A stretch of DNA of 64,000 bases, from NCBI GenBank assembly GCA_963663035.1, contig OY760074.1:1792001-1856000 (forward strand), written 5' to 3'. Of this stretch, positions 11,395 through 21,201 are shown piece after piece. This DNA comes from Acidobacteriota bacterium. Lineage in GTDB: Bacteria; Acidobacteriota; UBA6911; RPQK01; JADFOI01. The notes under the pieces are model-generated. The model was not told the origin of the DNA, searched no databases, and worked only from the letters and a program-made list of their open reading frames with translations. The first letter of the stretch is position 1. Every line of letters starts with the position of its first letter. The position numbers were made by a program, and so were the translations under genes.

Positions 11395-12357
11395 TTACCC
11401 CTTCCAGGCCGCAAACTTCTCCAGCCGCATGTAGCGACCCAGCTCCTTGGGAGCAAGCAGAAGAAGCAGCAGGGCCTTCTGGACGTGAAGCCTATTTTCC
11501 GCCTGTTCAAAGACCAGTGATTGGGGCGAGTCGATCACCGAATCGGTCACTTCCTGGTTGCGATGGGCAGGGAGACAATGCATGAAATAGGCATTTCTCC
11601 CGGTTGATGCCATCAACTCGGGTGTGACCTGATAGCTCTGTAAAACTTCAATCCGATCCCTGGTTTCTTCTTCCTGACCCATACTCACCCAGGTGTCGGT
11701 GTAGACAACATCCGCTCCTTGAAGCCCGTCAAGAGAATCGGTCCAACGATAGGAGGCTGAGGCGGAAATGGAGAGGTTCTCAAAGTCTTGAGCCGCTTGT
11801 GAGTAGGGTTGATGAGAGCTGGGAGTGACCGCTACAAGGGACATCCCAGACAAGGCGGCAGCATGAATGAGGGATGCGCAGACGTTGTTCCCATCCCCAA
11901 TATAGACAAGGGTTTTGGCTTGAATCTCTCCCCACTTCTCCTGCAGCGTAAAAACATCAGCCAGAGCCTGACAGGGATGTTCAGCATCACTGAGCCCATT
12001 GATGACAGGGACCGAGGCATGCTCGGCCAGCTTGACCGCTGCCTCATGGGAAAAGGTTCGCGCGACAATGCAATCAAACCATCGCTCCAGATTTCGGGCC
12101 ATATCAGTGATCGATTCACGGCCACCCAAACGGGACTCCTGATGGTCGAGGTAAACGGCATCACCTCCCAGCTGTTTCATTCCCAACTCGAAGGTGAGAC
12201 GGGTCCGCAGTGAAGACTTCTCAAAGAGCAGGACCGAGCTCTTCCCCACCAGCATCTGGCGAAAATTGGAGGGCCTCTCCTTGATTTCCGAGCTGGCGTG
12301 AAGCAGCTGGTTCCACAGCTCTACTGTGAGATCTTTCAGGGAAAGAAAGTCTTTCAT
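11395..12357 (-). CDS. argF: Ornithine carbamoyltransferase
   Basis: FEKSSLRTR, HPCQALAD, GDGNN, TDTWVSMG, MHCLP, AENRLH; ATGA overlap with the argH stop. Confidence 0.96.
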   Translation of the reverse strand: MKDFLSLKDLTVELWNQLLHASSEIKERPSNFRQMLVGKSSVLLFEKSSLRTRLTFELGMKQLGGDAVYLDHQESRLGGRESITDMARNLERWFDCIVARTFSHEAAVKLAEHASVPVINGLSDAEHPCQALADVFTLQEKWGEIQAKTLVYIGDGNNVCASLIHAAALSGMSLVAVTPSSHQPYSQAAQDFENLSISASASYRWTDSLDGLQGADVVYTDTWVSMGQEEETRDRIEVLQSYQVTPELMASTGRNAYFMHCLPAHRNQEVTDSVIDSPQSLVFEQAENRLHVQKALLLLLLAPKELGRYMRLEKFAAWKG

Positions 12358-13748
12358 GAGAGATCTCCGATCCGTTCCCTCCAATGGACGATCTGCTGCT
12401 CAATGGACACCAGTCCCGAACTCCCTTTGTGCCAGCGGCGTCTCAAGAAGCTATCCAGCTTGAGGACCTCGCTGACTTCAGGGCCACATTCGGGAGCCAG
12501 CTCCTGAAGCTTCTTCAGAGGCAATTGCTCCAGTGTCAGCCCTTCATCCAGACAGTATGCCACCAGCTTTCCCACCGTCTCATGGGCTACCCGAAAGGGA
12601 GTGCCTCGAGTCACCAGATACTCGGCCAGATCGGTGGCCATGAGAAAGCCCTGTTTCATGGCCGTCTGGACTTTCTCCTGCTTGACCCGAAAGCCCGAAA
12701 CAACCAAGGGAATCACCTCCAGAGTCCCGCTAACGGCATCGATTGTGCCAAAGAGGTGTTCCTTGTCCTGCTGGAGGTCGCGATGATAGGACGTGGGCAG
12801 ACCCTTGATCAGGCAAGCCACCGCAGTAGCGTGACCCAATACTGAGGCGGTTTTACCGCGAGCAAGTTCCAGGACATCCAGATTCTTTTTTTGCGGCATC
12901 ATACTGCTTCCCGTGCAAAGCGAATCTGGCAGCTCAATCCAACTGACCGCGGTACTGGAGAAATAAAGAAAATCCTCAGCCAGACGACTGAAATGCAGCA
13001 TCAGCTGGCAGGCAATTTGAAGGAGTTCGAGAAGAAAGTCCCGATCCCCCACCACGTCATAACTGTTGGCAAAGCTAGCAGAAAAACCGAGTTCCTGAGC
13101 ACTTCGTTCCGGGTCCAGAGGAAGAGTACTCCCGGCCAATGCTCCTGCACCCAAAGGACTGGTCGAGTGGAGCTGCTGATAAAAGGCCAAACGACGATCA
13201 TCCCGCCCCAGCATCTCACCAAAAGCCAGCAAGTAGTGTCCCCAGGAAAGAGGCTGTGCGGCCTGCAAATGAGTCCACCCTGGGAAGAGGTTGCTTTTGA
13301 GTTCCTGAGCTCGCTCCAGCAGTGCTTTTTGAATCTCGAGAATCTGAGCCCGCCAGCCTATCGCCGTCTTCAGACAAAGCAACTTCAGGTCCAAAGCCAC
13401 TTGATCATTCCGGCTTCTGCCGGTATGAATTCGACCTCCTGCTTCGCCCACAATCTCCTGTAGGCGAGATTCAATATTCATATGGATGTCCTCCAGTTCA
13501 TCTCGATAGGGAAACTGACCCGATTCGATTTCCTCCTCGATCTGCCCAAGGGCCTTGAGGATTTGCTCTTCATCCTGGGAGGTGACGAGCCCCTGGGCCG
13601 CCAGCATCCGCACATGAGCTCGACTGCCTTGAATGTCTTCAGGAGCTAGCCGGCTGTCCACATGCACGGAACGAGTGTATTCCTGGACGATGGGATCCAA
13701 CTCGGATTTGAATCGGCCCGCCCAAGGTTTCTTCTTCTTCTCATTCAT
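12354..13748 (-). CDS. argH: Argininosuccinate lyase
   Basis: WAGRF, EDIHMNIE, HTGRSRNDQV, GSSMMPQKKN. Confidence 0.97.
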   Translation of the reverse strand: MNEKKKKPWAGRFKSELDPIVQEYTRSVHVDSRLAPEDIQGSRAHVRMLAAQGLVTSQDEEQILKALGQIEEEIESGQFPYRDELEDIHMNIESRLQEIVGEAGGRIHTGRSRNDQVALDLKLLCLKTAIGWRAQILEIQKALLERAQELKSNLFPGWTHLQAAQPLSWGHYLLAFGEMLGRDDRRLAFYQQLHSTSPLGAGALAGSTLPLDPERSAQELGFSASFANSYDVVGDRDFLLELLQIACQLMLHFSRLAEDFLYFSSTAVSWIELPDSLCTGSSMMPQKKNLDVLELARGKTASVLGHATAVACLIKGLPTSYHRDLQQDKEHLFGTIDAVSGTLEVIPLVVSGFRVKQEKVQTAMKQGFLMATDLAEYLVTRGTPFRVAHETVGKLVAYCLDEGLTLEQLPLKKLQELAPECGPEVSEVLKLDSFLRRRWHKGSSGLVSIEQQIVHWRERIGDLS

Positions 13749-14959
13749 TTCTGCGATTCCGGCTGGCGACGCCTCTCCGCAAGCGAGGCGATCTTCAAGC
13801 GCAGCCCCTGGAGTCGAATAAAACCTTGCGCATCAGCCTGCGTATAGACCTGGTCTGCCTCAAAGGTAGCGTAAGAGGGATCGTAGAGATTCAAGGGTGA
13901 ACTTCGACCCTGTACCACGCAGTTTCCCTTATAGAGCTGCATTTTGACTTTACCCGTGACACGGGCCTGGGAGCTCTTGATCAGCTGCAAGAGGAGCTGC
14001 ATCTCGGGAGCAAACCAAAATCCATAGTAGATCAACTCGGCCATACGGGGAGCCAGTTCATCCTTCAAGTGTTGCACTTCACGATCCAGCGTCAAGGACT
14101 CGAGAGCACGATGTGCCTTGTACAGCACGGTCATGCCTGGAGTTTCATAAACACCACGCGACTTCATACCCACCATCCGATTTTCCACCAGGTCTACACG
14201 ACCCACGCCGTTGCTACCAGCCAGGCGATTCAACTCCTCCAGAAGCCCCACCGGCCCCAACTCCTCGTTGTCCACTCTCACCGGAACGCCCGCCTCAAAA
14301 TCGATGACGACTTCGGTAGGGGAATCAGGGGCTTGCTGTGGCGCTACGCTTCGCAAGAAGAGTTCTTCCGGGGGAGGCTGCCAGGGATCCTCCAAGATAC
14401 CCCCTTCGTAAGAAGTGTGCATAATATTCTGGTCGATACTATAAGGCTTCTCTTGGGTTGAGGTAACAGGAATCCCATTGGACTCGGCATAGCGAATCAG
14501 GTCACTGCGCCCGCTAAACTCCCAGCTTCTCCAAGGGGCAAGAATCTTCACTTCCGGAGCCAGCGCCTGGTAGGTCAATTCAAAACGAATCTGATCATTT
14601 CCCTTGCCCGTCGAACCATGAGCAACGGCGTCAGCACCCCAATCCGCGGCCACTTGCACCTGTTGACGGGCAATCAGGGGCCGCGCCAGGGAGGTTCCCA
14701 AGAGATATTCTCCCTCGTAAAGCGCGTGTGCCTGCATAGCCGGAAAAACGAACTCCTGGACAAACTCCTCTTGCAGGTCGGAAACCACCACCTTCTCGGC
14801 ACCCGTTTCATAGGCCTTCTTTTCAACGGCTTGCAGATCCTCACCCTGGCCCACATCCGCCACAAAGGCCAGGATTGGACACCCATATTTTTCCTTCAGC
14901 CAATGCAGCATGATGGAAGTGTCCAGTCCACCCGAATAGGCCAGAACAATTTTCTTCAC
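13745..14959 (-). CDS. argG: Argininosuccinate synthase
   Basis: LAYSGGLDTS, GTSLARP, HGSTGKGNDQIRF, KSRGVYETPG. GTG start overlaps the argR stop (alternative ATG 14980). Confidence 0.97.
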   Translation of the reverse strand: MKKIVLAYSGGLDTSIMLHWLKEKYGCPILAFVADVGQGEDLQAVEKKAYETGAEKVVVSDLQEEFVQEFVFPAMQAHALYEGEYLLGTSLARPLIARQQVQVAADWGADAVAHGSTGKGNDQIRFELTYQALAPEVKILAPWRSWEFSGRSDLIRYAESNGIPVTSTQEKPYSIDQNIMHTSYEGGILEDPWQPPPEELFLRSVAPQQAPDSPTEVVIDFEAGVPVRVDNEELGPVGLLEELNRLAGSNGVGRVDLVENRMVGMKSRGVYETPGMTVLYKAHRALESLTLDREVQHLKDELAPRMAELIYYGFWFAPEMQLLLQLIKSSQARVTGKVKMQLYKGNCVVQGRSSPLNLYDPSYATFEADQVYTQADAQGFIRLQGLRLKIASLAERRRQPESQK

Positions 14960-15387
14960 TTCGCCTGAACTCCTTTCCATAAATCCTTTCTCACTTTGCG
15001 GGCATCGTGCCCTTCCGCCACCACAACCAGGAGGGTGTCCTCGCCAGCCACTGTCCCCAGAACCCCGGACAGACGGAGGGCATCAATCCTGTAAGCCACA
15101 ATAGCTGCCGTACCAGCCTCCGTGTGCAAGACGAGTAGGTTTCCGCTGACCTCACAGCTGAAGATCTGAAAGCCCGCCCATTCGTTGAGAATCGCATATT
15201 TGTATTCACCCTCTTCACTGGTTGTCTTCACCACATTCAGGTCTTTCAGGTCACGGGACAGAGTCGCCTGTGTCACCTCAAATCCAAGTTTTCCCAGCCT
15301 TTTTCGCAGGTTTTCCTGACTGGAAATATTGACTCGACCCACTAGATCGAGAATCGATTGTTGGCGTTGCTCCTTTTCTCTATACAC
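14956..15387 (-). CDS. argR: Arginine repressor
   Basis: TQATLSRDL DNA-binding helix and GTVAGEDT arginine-binding motif; first gene of argRGHF. Confidence 0.93.
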   Translation of the reverse strand: MYREKEQRQQSILDLVGRVNISSQENLRKRLGKLGFEVTQATLSRDLKDLNVVKTTSEEGEYKYAILNEWAGFQIFSCEVSGNLLVLHTEAGTAAIVAYRIDALRLSGVLGTVAGEDTLLVVVAEGHDARKVRKDLWKGVQAK

Positions 15388-15391
15388 AAAC

Positions 15392-15425
15392 TATGTATAT
15401 TTATACATTCAGGCCTCAATGTCAA
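15392..15425 (-). promoter_or_regulatory. ARG box overlapping the argR promoter
   Basis: Minus strand AATGTATAAATATACATA (palindrome TGTAT-N4-ATACA, 15392-15409) matches the ArgR operator consensus; TTGACA at 15420-15425. Confidence 0.8.
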
Positions 15426-15430
15426 GGGGG

Positions 15431-15512
15431 AAATATGGGGACAAATATGGGGACAGACTACCCGTTCACCTCATTTCAAAATGAGGTGAACGGGTAGTCT
15501 GTCCCCATATTT
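15431..15512. repeat. 34-bp perfect inverted repeat (GGGGACAG...CTGTCCCC REP-like) with 12-bp direct duplication
   Basis: Arms 15443-15476 and 15479-15512; aaatatggggac duplicated at 15431-15442. Confidence 0.85.
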
Positions 15513-15530
15513 CTCGGAGCGCGCTCACCG

Positions 15531-16610
15531 TTAAGCGATTCTGCGATAGGTCTGATAGAGGGTGTCTCTTTGGGCTGGTATGAAACCCGCTTCCTGGATA
15601 ACGCCGATGAGGTCGTCTCGATTGGCGGAGAAGTGAGCACCTGCCGTACTCATGACATTTTCTTCAATCATGATACTGCCCACGTCATTGGCACCAAAGT
15701 GGAGTGCTATCTGGGCAACCTTCAAACCCTGGGTGAGCCAGGAAACCTGGATATTTTGGAAGTTATCCAGGTAGATACGGCTGAGAGCCAGGAGCATGAG
15801 GTATTCCACCGAGCCCACCTGTTTGGAGGTAGAGGCCTGCAAAGGAGTCCCTTCCAGCTGGACGTTCCAGGGAATGAAGGCCACAAATCCACCTGTCTCA
15901 TCCTGCAGTCTGCGAAGACTTTCCAGATGTTCGACGCGTTCTTCCAGCGTCTCCCCTGCGCCGATCATCATGGTGGCCGTGGTGAGAAGACCTTCTTCGT
16001 GAGCGATACGCATGACCTCCAGCCACTCCTTGGCACTGCACTTCCCGGGACTGATTTCCTTGCGCATTCGCTGGACCAGAATTTCGGCGCCGCCTCCCGG
16101 GATAGAAACCAAACCAGCTTTCTTCAGGCGGCATATCGCCTCCCGGATGTCGATCTTACTCAAACGGGCCAGGACCACAACTTCAGGCGGTGAGAAGCAG
16201 TGCAGATGAATGGAGTAGCGCTCTCGGATGGAACTGAGCAGATCTTCATAGTAGTCAATTTTCAGTTCCGGGTGCATTCCTCCCTGCATCAGGATTCCGG
16301 TCCCACCCAGGGCAATGGTCTCTTCGATCTTCTTGAAAATGGTCTCCAAGGGGAGGACGTACCCTCCCTCTTCTCCTGGTTTCCGATAAAAGTTGCAGAA
16401 GCTGCAGCGCGCCACACAGACATTCGTGTAGCTGATATTCCGATCGATCAAGAAAGAGACAACGCCATCGGGACTTTTCTGACGGCGCACGAAGTCGGCA
16501 GCCTCTCCTACCTTGTGAAGCTCCCCGGATCGGAGAAGGGCCAATCCTTCCTCGGAGTCAATCCGCTCCTCACGGTGAACTTTCTGCAGAATTTTCTCGA
16601 CTGACGGCAT
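15531..16610 (-). CDS. mqnC: Cyclic dehypoxanthine futalosine synthase (radical SAM, CofH/MqnC family)
   Basis: DRNISYTNVCVARCSFCNFYR, MQGGMHP, SIPGGGAEIL, GANDVGSIMIEENV; start MPSVEKIL. Confidence 0.85.
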   Translation of the reverse strand: MPSVEKILQKVHREERIDSEEGLALLRSGELHKVGEAADFVRRQKSPDGVVSFLIDRNISYTNVCVARCSFCNFYRKPGEEGGYVLPLETIFKKIEETIALGGTGILMQGGMHPELKIDYYEDLLSSIRERYSIHLHCFSPPEVVVLARLSKIDIREAICRLKKAGLVSIPGGGAEILVQRMRKEISPGKCSAKEWLEVMRIAHEEGLLTTATMMIGAGETLEERVEHLESLRRLQDETGGFVAFIPWNVQLEGTPLQASTSKQVGSVEYLMLLALSRIYLDNFQNIQVSWLTQGLKVAQIALHFGANDVGSIMIEENVMSTAGAHFSANRDDLIGVIQEAGFIPAQRDTLYQTYRRIA

Positions 16611-16629
16611 GGCAGCTATTCTAGCTAGA

Positions 16630-18402
16630 TCACAAATTATAGGTCTGTGCCTGCAAAAGACTGCTGGCGATATCCCTTCGCATCTGGATGGAAGGAAGCA
16701 GGCTGTGTTTGCAAAATCGTCGCAGAGCAGCCAGGTAGGTGCGTTGATCGTCCCCTTCAGAGACCGAGGCCACAACCTTCTTCCCGAAGAGATGGATTTT
16801 TTCGATCGCATCATGGATGTAACACTGGATTATTTTTTCATACAGCTGAACACCCTCAGGCCGGCTTTGAGCAATCTTCAAGACCCTGAGCAGCCCGCTT
16901 TCCATCGCATAAACCTCCATCGTCATGTCAGCCACGGCCATGACGATCTCCTGCTCATCGGTCAGCTCCTCACCATATTTTTGGGCTGCCAGACCCGCCA
17001 CCATCAAAGCGGCGTTTTTGGCATTTTCGACCATTCGCTTCTCTTCCGCCAGTGCCTCTGTCTGATCCAGCTCTTCGGGAAAAGCAGTGAGTTCGGAGAA
17101 GATTCGCTCGGTCGCCTGGATGAGTGCCAGTTCCCCCTTCATCGAACGCCGCAGCAGCATTCCAGTAATCAGAAGACGATTGATTTCGTTGGTCCCTTCA
17201 AAGATGCGATTGATCCGAGAATCTCGATAGTAGCGTTCCACTGGGTATTCCTGGCTATAGCCATTGCCGCCATAGATCTGAACCGCCTCGTCCACCACAT
17301 AGTCCAGCATTTCGGTGCCCCACACCTTGATGATTGAGCACTCTACCGCGTACTGTTCGATGGCCTTCAGGGCCTCGTCTGGCTTGTCCGCATCCACTTC
17401 CTGGAGCTCTCGGTCGATGAGACCCACCGTGCGATAGGCCATGCTTTCTCCAAGCCAGGTGCGGATCGCCATCTCTGCCAGTTTTTCCTGGATGGCCCCG
17501 AATTCGGCGATGGGACGCCCAAACTGCTGACGTTCCAGGGCGTAGCCAAGACTATCGCTGATGGCGGTCTTGGCGGCACCCACGCATCCCGCGCCCAATT
17601 TGAACCGGCCAATATTCAAAATGTTCAAGGCAATTTTGTGCCCCTTGCCTCTCTCTCCCAGGAGATTCTCAACCGGCACCGAAGCGTCCTGGAGGGCCAG
17701 AATGCGGGTTGAGGAGCCTTTGATTCCCAGCTTTTTCTCCTCCTCACCCAGCTTGACTCCCTCGAAATCCCGCTCCACGATAAAGGCACTGAAATCCTTC
17801 CCCTCGATCTGGGCAAAGACGATGAACAGATCGGCAAAACCCGCATTGGTGATCCACAGCTTTTCGCCGTTGAGAACCCAGTGCTTTCCGTCCTCGCTCA
17901 AGACGGCCGTGCTCTTGGCAGCCAGCGCATCAGACCCTGAGCTGGCTTCGGTCAAGGCGTAGGCTGCAAAAAGCTCACCCTTGGCCAGCTTGGGAAGATA
18001 ATTTTGCTTCTGCTCTTCGGTTCCAAAATAGACAATGGGAAGAGTGCCAATACCACAGTGGGCCCCGAAGGAGATGGCGAAGGATCCCACCTGCGACAGT
18101 TTCTCAGCCACGATGGTTGAACTGGGCTTATCCAATCCCAATCCTTCATATTTCTCAGGAACATCGATGGCCAGAAGATCCAGCTCAGCAGCTTTCCGGA
18201 GAAGCTCAACGGTGAGTTTGAGATCCTGATGTTCGATCTGCTCAATGCGGGGGAGTATCTCCTGTTCCACGAAACGCTCTGCCGTGGCGGCGATCATCTG
18301 ATGCTCCTCAGTAAAATCCTCGGGAGTGAAAACATCCTCCGGCTGGCTTGCGCTGATCAGAAATTCCCCACCCTTGAGTCTTGCTTTGCCCTCGGATTCC
18401 AT
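16630..18402 (-). CDS. Acyl-CoA dehydrogenase (FadE-like long form)
   Basis: KGGEFLI, YALTEASSGSDA, NGEKLWITN, RQQFG, YRDSRINRIFEGTNEINR; AAGGAG RBS. Confidence 0.93.
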   Translation of the reverse strand: MESEGKARLKGGEFLISASQPEDVFTPEDFTEEHQMIAATAERFVEQEILPRIEQIEHQDLKLTVELLRKAAELDLLAIDVPEKYEGLGLDKPSSTIVAEKLSQVGSFAISFGAHCGIGTLPIVYFGTEEQKQNYLPKLAKGELFAAYALTEASSGSDALAAKSTAVLSEDGKHWVLNGEKLWITNAGFADLFIVFAQIEGKDFSAFIVERDFEGVKLGEEEKKLGIKGSSTRILALQDASVPVENLLGERGKGHKIALNILNIGRFKLGAGCVGAAKTAISDSLGYALERQQFGRPIAEFGAIQEKLAEMAIRTWLGESMAYRTVGLIDRELQEVDADKPDEALKAIEQYAVECSIIKVWGTEMLDYVVDEAVQIYGGNGYSQEYPVERYYRDSRINRIFEGTNEINRLLITGMLLRRSMKGELALIQATERIFSELTAFPEELDQTEALAEEKRMVENAKNAALMVAGLAAQKYGEELTDEQEIVMAVADMTMEVYAMESGLLRVLKIAQSRPEGVQLYEKIIQCYIHDAIEKIHLFGKKVVASVSEGDDQRTYLAALRRFCKHSLLPSIQMRRDIASSLLQAQTYNL

Positions 18403-18413
18403 GAGTCTCTCCT

Positions 18414-18609
18414 TAGCTGGGATTATGCATAAATTGTCTACTGCAGTGCCGCAATCATCCACGCTGACTGCGTTGTACTTCCTTGGGCTCCTCGGCGCAC
18501 TGCATGAGTACGCCTGCGGGGCCCGACCCGCAAGCGGGTACCCCTGTCCGCCTTGTCATCGCAGCGCCTGCGGCACTTCGTCACGAAAACCTATGCATAA
18601 TACCAGCTA
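18414..18609 (+). mobile_element. MITE-like hairpin element, copy A (long form)
   Basis: Terminal inverted repeats tagctgggattatgcata...tatgcataataccagcta; homologous to 26900, 33439 and 48879. Confidence 0.75.
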
Positions 18610-18614
18610 TGAAG

Positions 18615-19127
18615 CTAGCCTTCGCTGACCCCACCTTCTAATTCCAGCAGCTTTTCTTTGGTAGCAAGGCCCCCGGCAAACCCCACCAGCGAGCCATCCT
18701 GACCAATCACGCGATGGCAGGGGACGACAATCGGCACCGGATTCCTTCCCACTGCGGCCCCCACAGCCTGGCTTGCGCGTGGATTGCCAATTCGGCTGGC
18801 CACTTCCCCATAGCTTACCGTCTCTCCGTAAGGGATCCTGAGCAGCTCATTCCAAACCTGAAGTTGAAAAGGTGTTCCCCTCAGATCCAAGGGCAGCTCA
18901 AAAGCGCCTCTTTTCCCCTCGAAGTACCCGGCGAGTTGTCCGATGGCCTTATGGACGGTCGGCTGCACACCCTTCTCAGGTAAGCAGGAGAAATGTCGAT
19001 TGAACCAAGAGGAGGAGTCAGCCGAAGATTGAACGGAGAAGCAGATTCGGCAGATCCCCTTCGGGCTTCCCGACACCACCAGTGTACCAACCGAACTCTC
19101 CAGCTCTTGAGAGTAAAGCGTGTTCAC
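18615..19127 (-). CDS. ogt: Methylated-DNA-protein-cysteine methyltransferase
   Basis: GTPFQ..VW..L..IPYGETVSYG, NPVPIVVPCHRV active site; GTG 19127 with upstream GGAG. Confidence 0.93.
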   Translation of the reverse strand: MNTLYSQELESSVGTLVVSGSPKGICRICFSVQSSADSSSWFNRHFSCLPEKGVQPTVHKAIGQLAGYFEGKRGAFELPLDLRGTPFQLQVWNELLRIPYGETVSYGEVASRIGNPRASQAVGAAVGRNPVPIVVPCHRVIGQDGSLVGFAGGLATKEKLLELEGGVSEG

Positions 19128-19140
19128 AATCCCTTTCTCC

Positions 19141-20907
19141 CTATTCCGGCAAAGCAAAAACATAAATCGCATTGTGGCCCCGGGGAGGATGGATCTGGGG
19201 GACCATCCGCAGGGGACCGCTGGTACCCGAAGTTCCGTCTCCCGTCAGCACGGCGACGTATTGCCTTCCGTTGACCGAGTAGGTGATGGTGCTCATTTGA
19301 ATGACACCCCCAAGAATCGTTTCCCAAAGAATCTTCCCGCTTTCGGCATCCAAGGCTCGGAGCCTTCGATTCAGATCTCCCCAAAAAATCAGGTCTCCGG
19401 CTGTAGCCAGCACAGCACCATTCCCGGGAATAGGCGCTTCGTAGAATCGCTGGATCTGACCTGTAGCCATGTTCACCTTAGCGATCCCGGCCAAAGTGCT
19501 GGGGTCAGAGCCGGGACGAGCGACCGACGTTCGGAGGTGCCCGTTCAGACTCTGCAGATTGGCGGTTCTATCGGAGCAGACATCGAAGTAGGGGATGTAA
19601 AGAGAATTTTTGCCCGGATGGTAAGCCATGGGCCAGTAGCCCTTGGTATTGTGGTAGCAAATGAGGTGTCTTTCACCGTCCTCTCTCAAGATCTTCTCCC
19701 CGTCGATAAAAGTCTGACCGGTCTCCACGTCGATGTCGGAAATATGGAAGTCAGGGGTGTCGTAGGGGAAGGGTGAGGTCCACAGGAACTGGCCCTGGTC
19801 GCGGTCCAGCACCCATATCCCTCCAGGCTCTCCTACCGAAACCACGATGTCCCGCTCCTGTCCGCGAGGTATCTGGGGGTTGATCCATTTGACCTCCCCG
19901 GGATCAGGTTCAACGGCCGTTCGGAAAAGAATGCGTTCCTGGGTATGATCGGCGTCCCAGTCGTCCCCCGGTATGTGCTGGTAGTACCAGGCCAGCTTGC
20001 CGGTGTCGGGGTCCAGGGCCAGGGTCGAATTGGTGTAAAGCTCCGCTGGCGTTGACAGCGGAACGGCCTCCATGTTCTCACCATGACGTTTGATCCGAGT
20101 GTGCGGCTTGGGATTGGCGGTTCCCCAGAAAACCAGATTGCGCACCGGGTCGTAAGATCCCGGCAGTCCCCAGGGCGAGGTGATCCTTTTCTCCACGGGC
20201 AAACCGGCCCAGGTGTCACCCCCCGGCTCGTTCGGCCCGGGGGTAGTGAAAAACCGCCACAGTTCCTGACCCGTCCGCGCGTCATTGGCCACGATGAAGC
20301 AACGCTCGTTTGGACAGGACCGTCCCGTGATGACCTTCCCCTCCACGACTATGGGCCCTGAGGTGTGCTGCGTGCCGGTCGTGTAGTCCTGCACCCTGGC
20401 TTCCCAGCGCAGCTCGCCCGTCCGCGCGTCCAGGGCCACCACGTAGCCGTCCGGGGCAGAGTAGAAAATGAGGTCCTCATAGATGGCAACGGTGCGGGCC
20501 CGTCCAACGTTGTTAACAAAGTCGCTCAAGTCCTCCGGTAGTGTGCGCCGGTACTCCCAAAGCAGATCTCCGTTGGTGGCATCGAGAGCCTGAACGACGG
20601 CCGTGGGAACGACGAGGTACATGACCCCGCGGTACACGATAGGAATAATCTCCTGAACACCGGGCGCCATTCCCCGTACCCACTCCATTCGGAGGTGCTC
20701 CACATTTTGCCCGTTGATTTGATCGAGCGGACTGAAGCGTTGGTTGTCATAGGTTCGGCTGAACATCAGCCAGTCATCCGGGCTGGGGTTCAGGAGCATC
20801 TCTCGCGTCACCGGAGTAAAGTTCTCGACCTGCGCCAGGGCCTCAGTCGCGATCACTCCGAAAAGGATGGAAGTAATGGAAATCATGAAAACTAAAGTTC
20901 TCAACAT
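19141..20907 (-). CDS. Secreted PQQ-dependent dehydrogenase (beta-propeller quinoprotein)
   Basis: Signal peptide ALA|Q, DWLMFSRTYDNQRFSPLDQIN, ALDA.TG..W repeats, WYYQH..D.WDAD, GRQYVAV; no CxxCH. Confidence 0.88.
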   Translation of the reverse strand: MLRTLVFMISITSILFGVIATEALAQVENFTPVTREMLLNPSPDDWLMFSRTYDNQRFSPLDQINGQNVEHLRMEWVRGMAPGVQEIIPIVYRGVMYLVVPTAVVQALDATNGDLLWEYRRTLPEDLSDFVNNVGRARTVAIYEDLIFYSAPDGYVVALDARTGELRWEARVQDYTTGTQHTSGPIVVEGKVITGRSCPNERCFIVANDARTGQELWRFFTTPGPNEPGGDTWAGLPVEKRITSPWGLPGSYDPVRNLVFWGTANPKPHTRIKRHGENMEAVPLSTPAELYTNSTLALDPDTGKLAWYYQHIPGDDWDADHTQERILFRTAVEPDPGEVKWINPQIPRGQERDIVVSVGEPGGIWVLDRDQGQFLWTSPFPYDTPDFHISDIDVETGQTFIDGEKILREDGERHLICYHNTKGYWPMAYHPGKNSLYIPYFDVCSDRTANLQSLNGHLRTSVARPGSDPSTLAGIAKVNMATGQIQRFYEAPIPGNGAVLATAGDLIFWGDLNRRLRALDAESGKILWETILGGVIQMSTITYSVNGRQYVAVLTGDGTSGTSGPLRMVPQIHPPRGHNAIYVFALPE

Positions 20908-21084
20908 GCCTGCCCTCCACATGGGAACCAGGATAGCCGCCTTTGCGCAACAGGCCCACCCTGTACCACAAATCCGGCGACTCCGAATCCAGTTTTAACA
21001 TGGTGTTTTCTCAACCGGGTTTCACGCTCCGACACATTGTAAGACAGTCATACATTACCCGGCAAGCGACAGGGAAACCGAAGC

Positions 21085-21113
21085 TTGACGTAACCGCTTG
21101 GTACGTGTAGTCT
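21085..21113 (+). promoter_or_regulatory. Putative sigma70 promoter of the amidohydrolase array
   Basis: TTGACG-17 nt-TAGTCT with an extended TG. Confidence 0.5.
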
Positions 21114-21201
21114 GCGGAACAATTCGAGAGGATCAATGGGGAGCTTTGTCAATCACCGGAGGCCTTAAAAGGTAACTTCAACAACCGGGAAGGATCATAC
21201 C

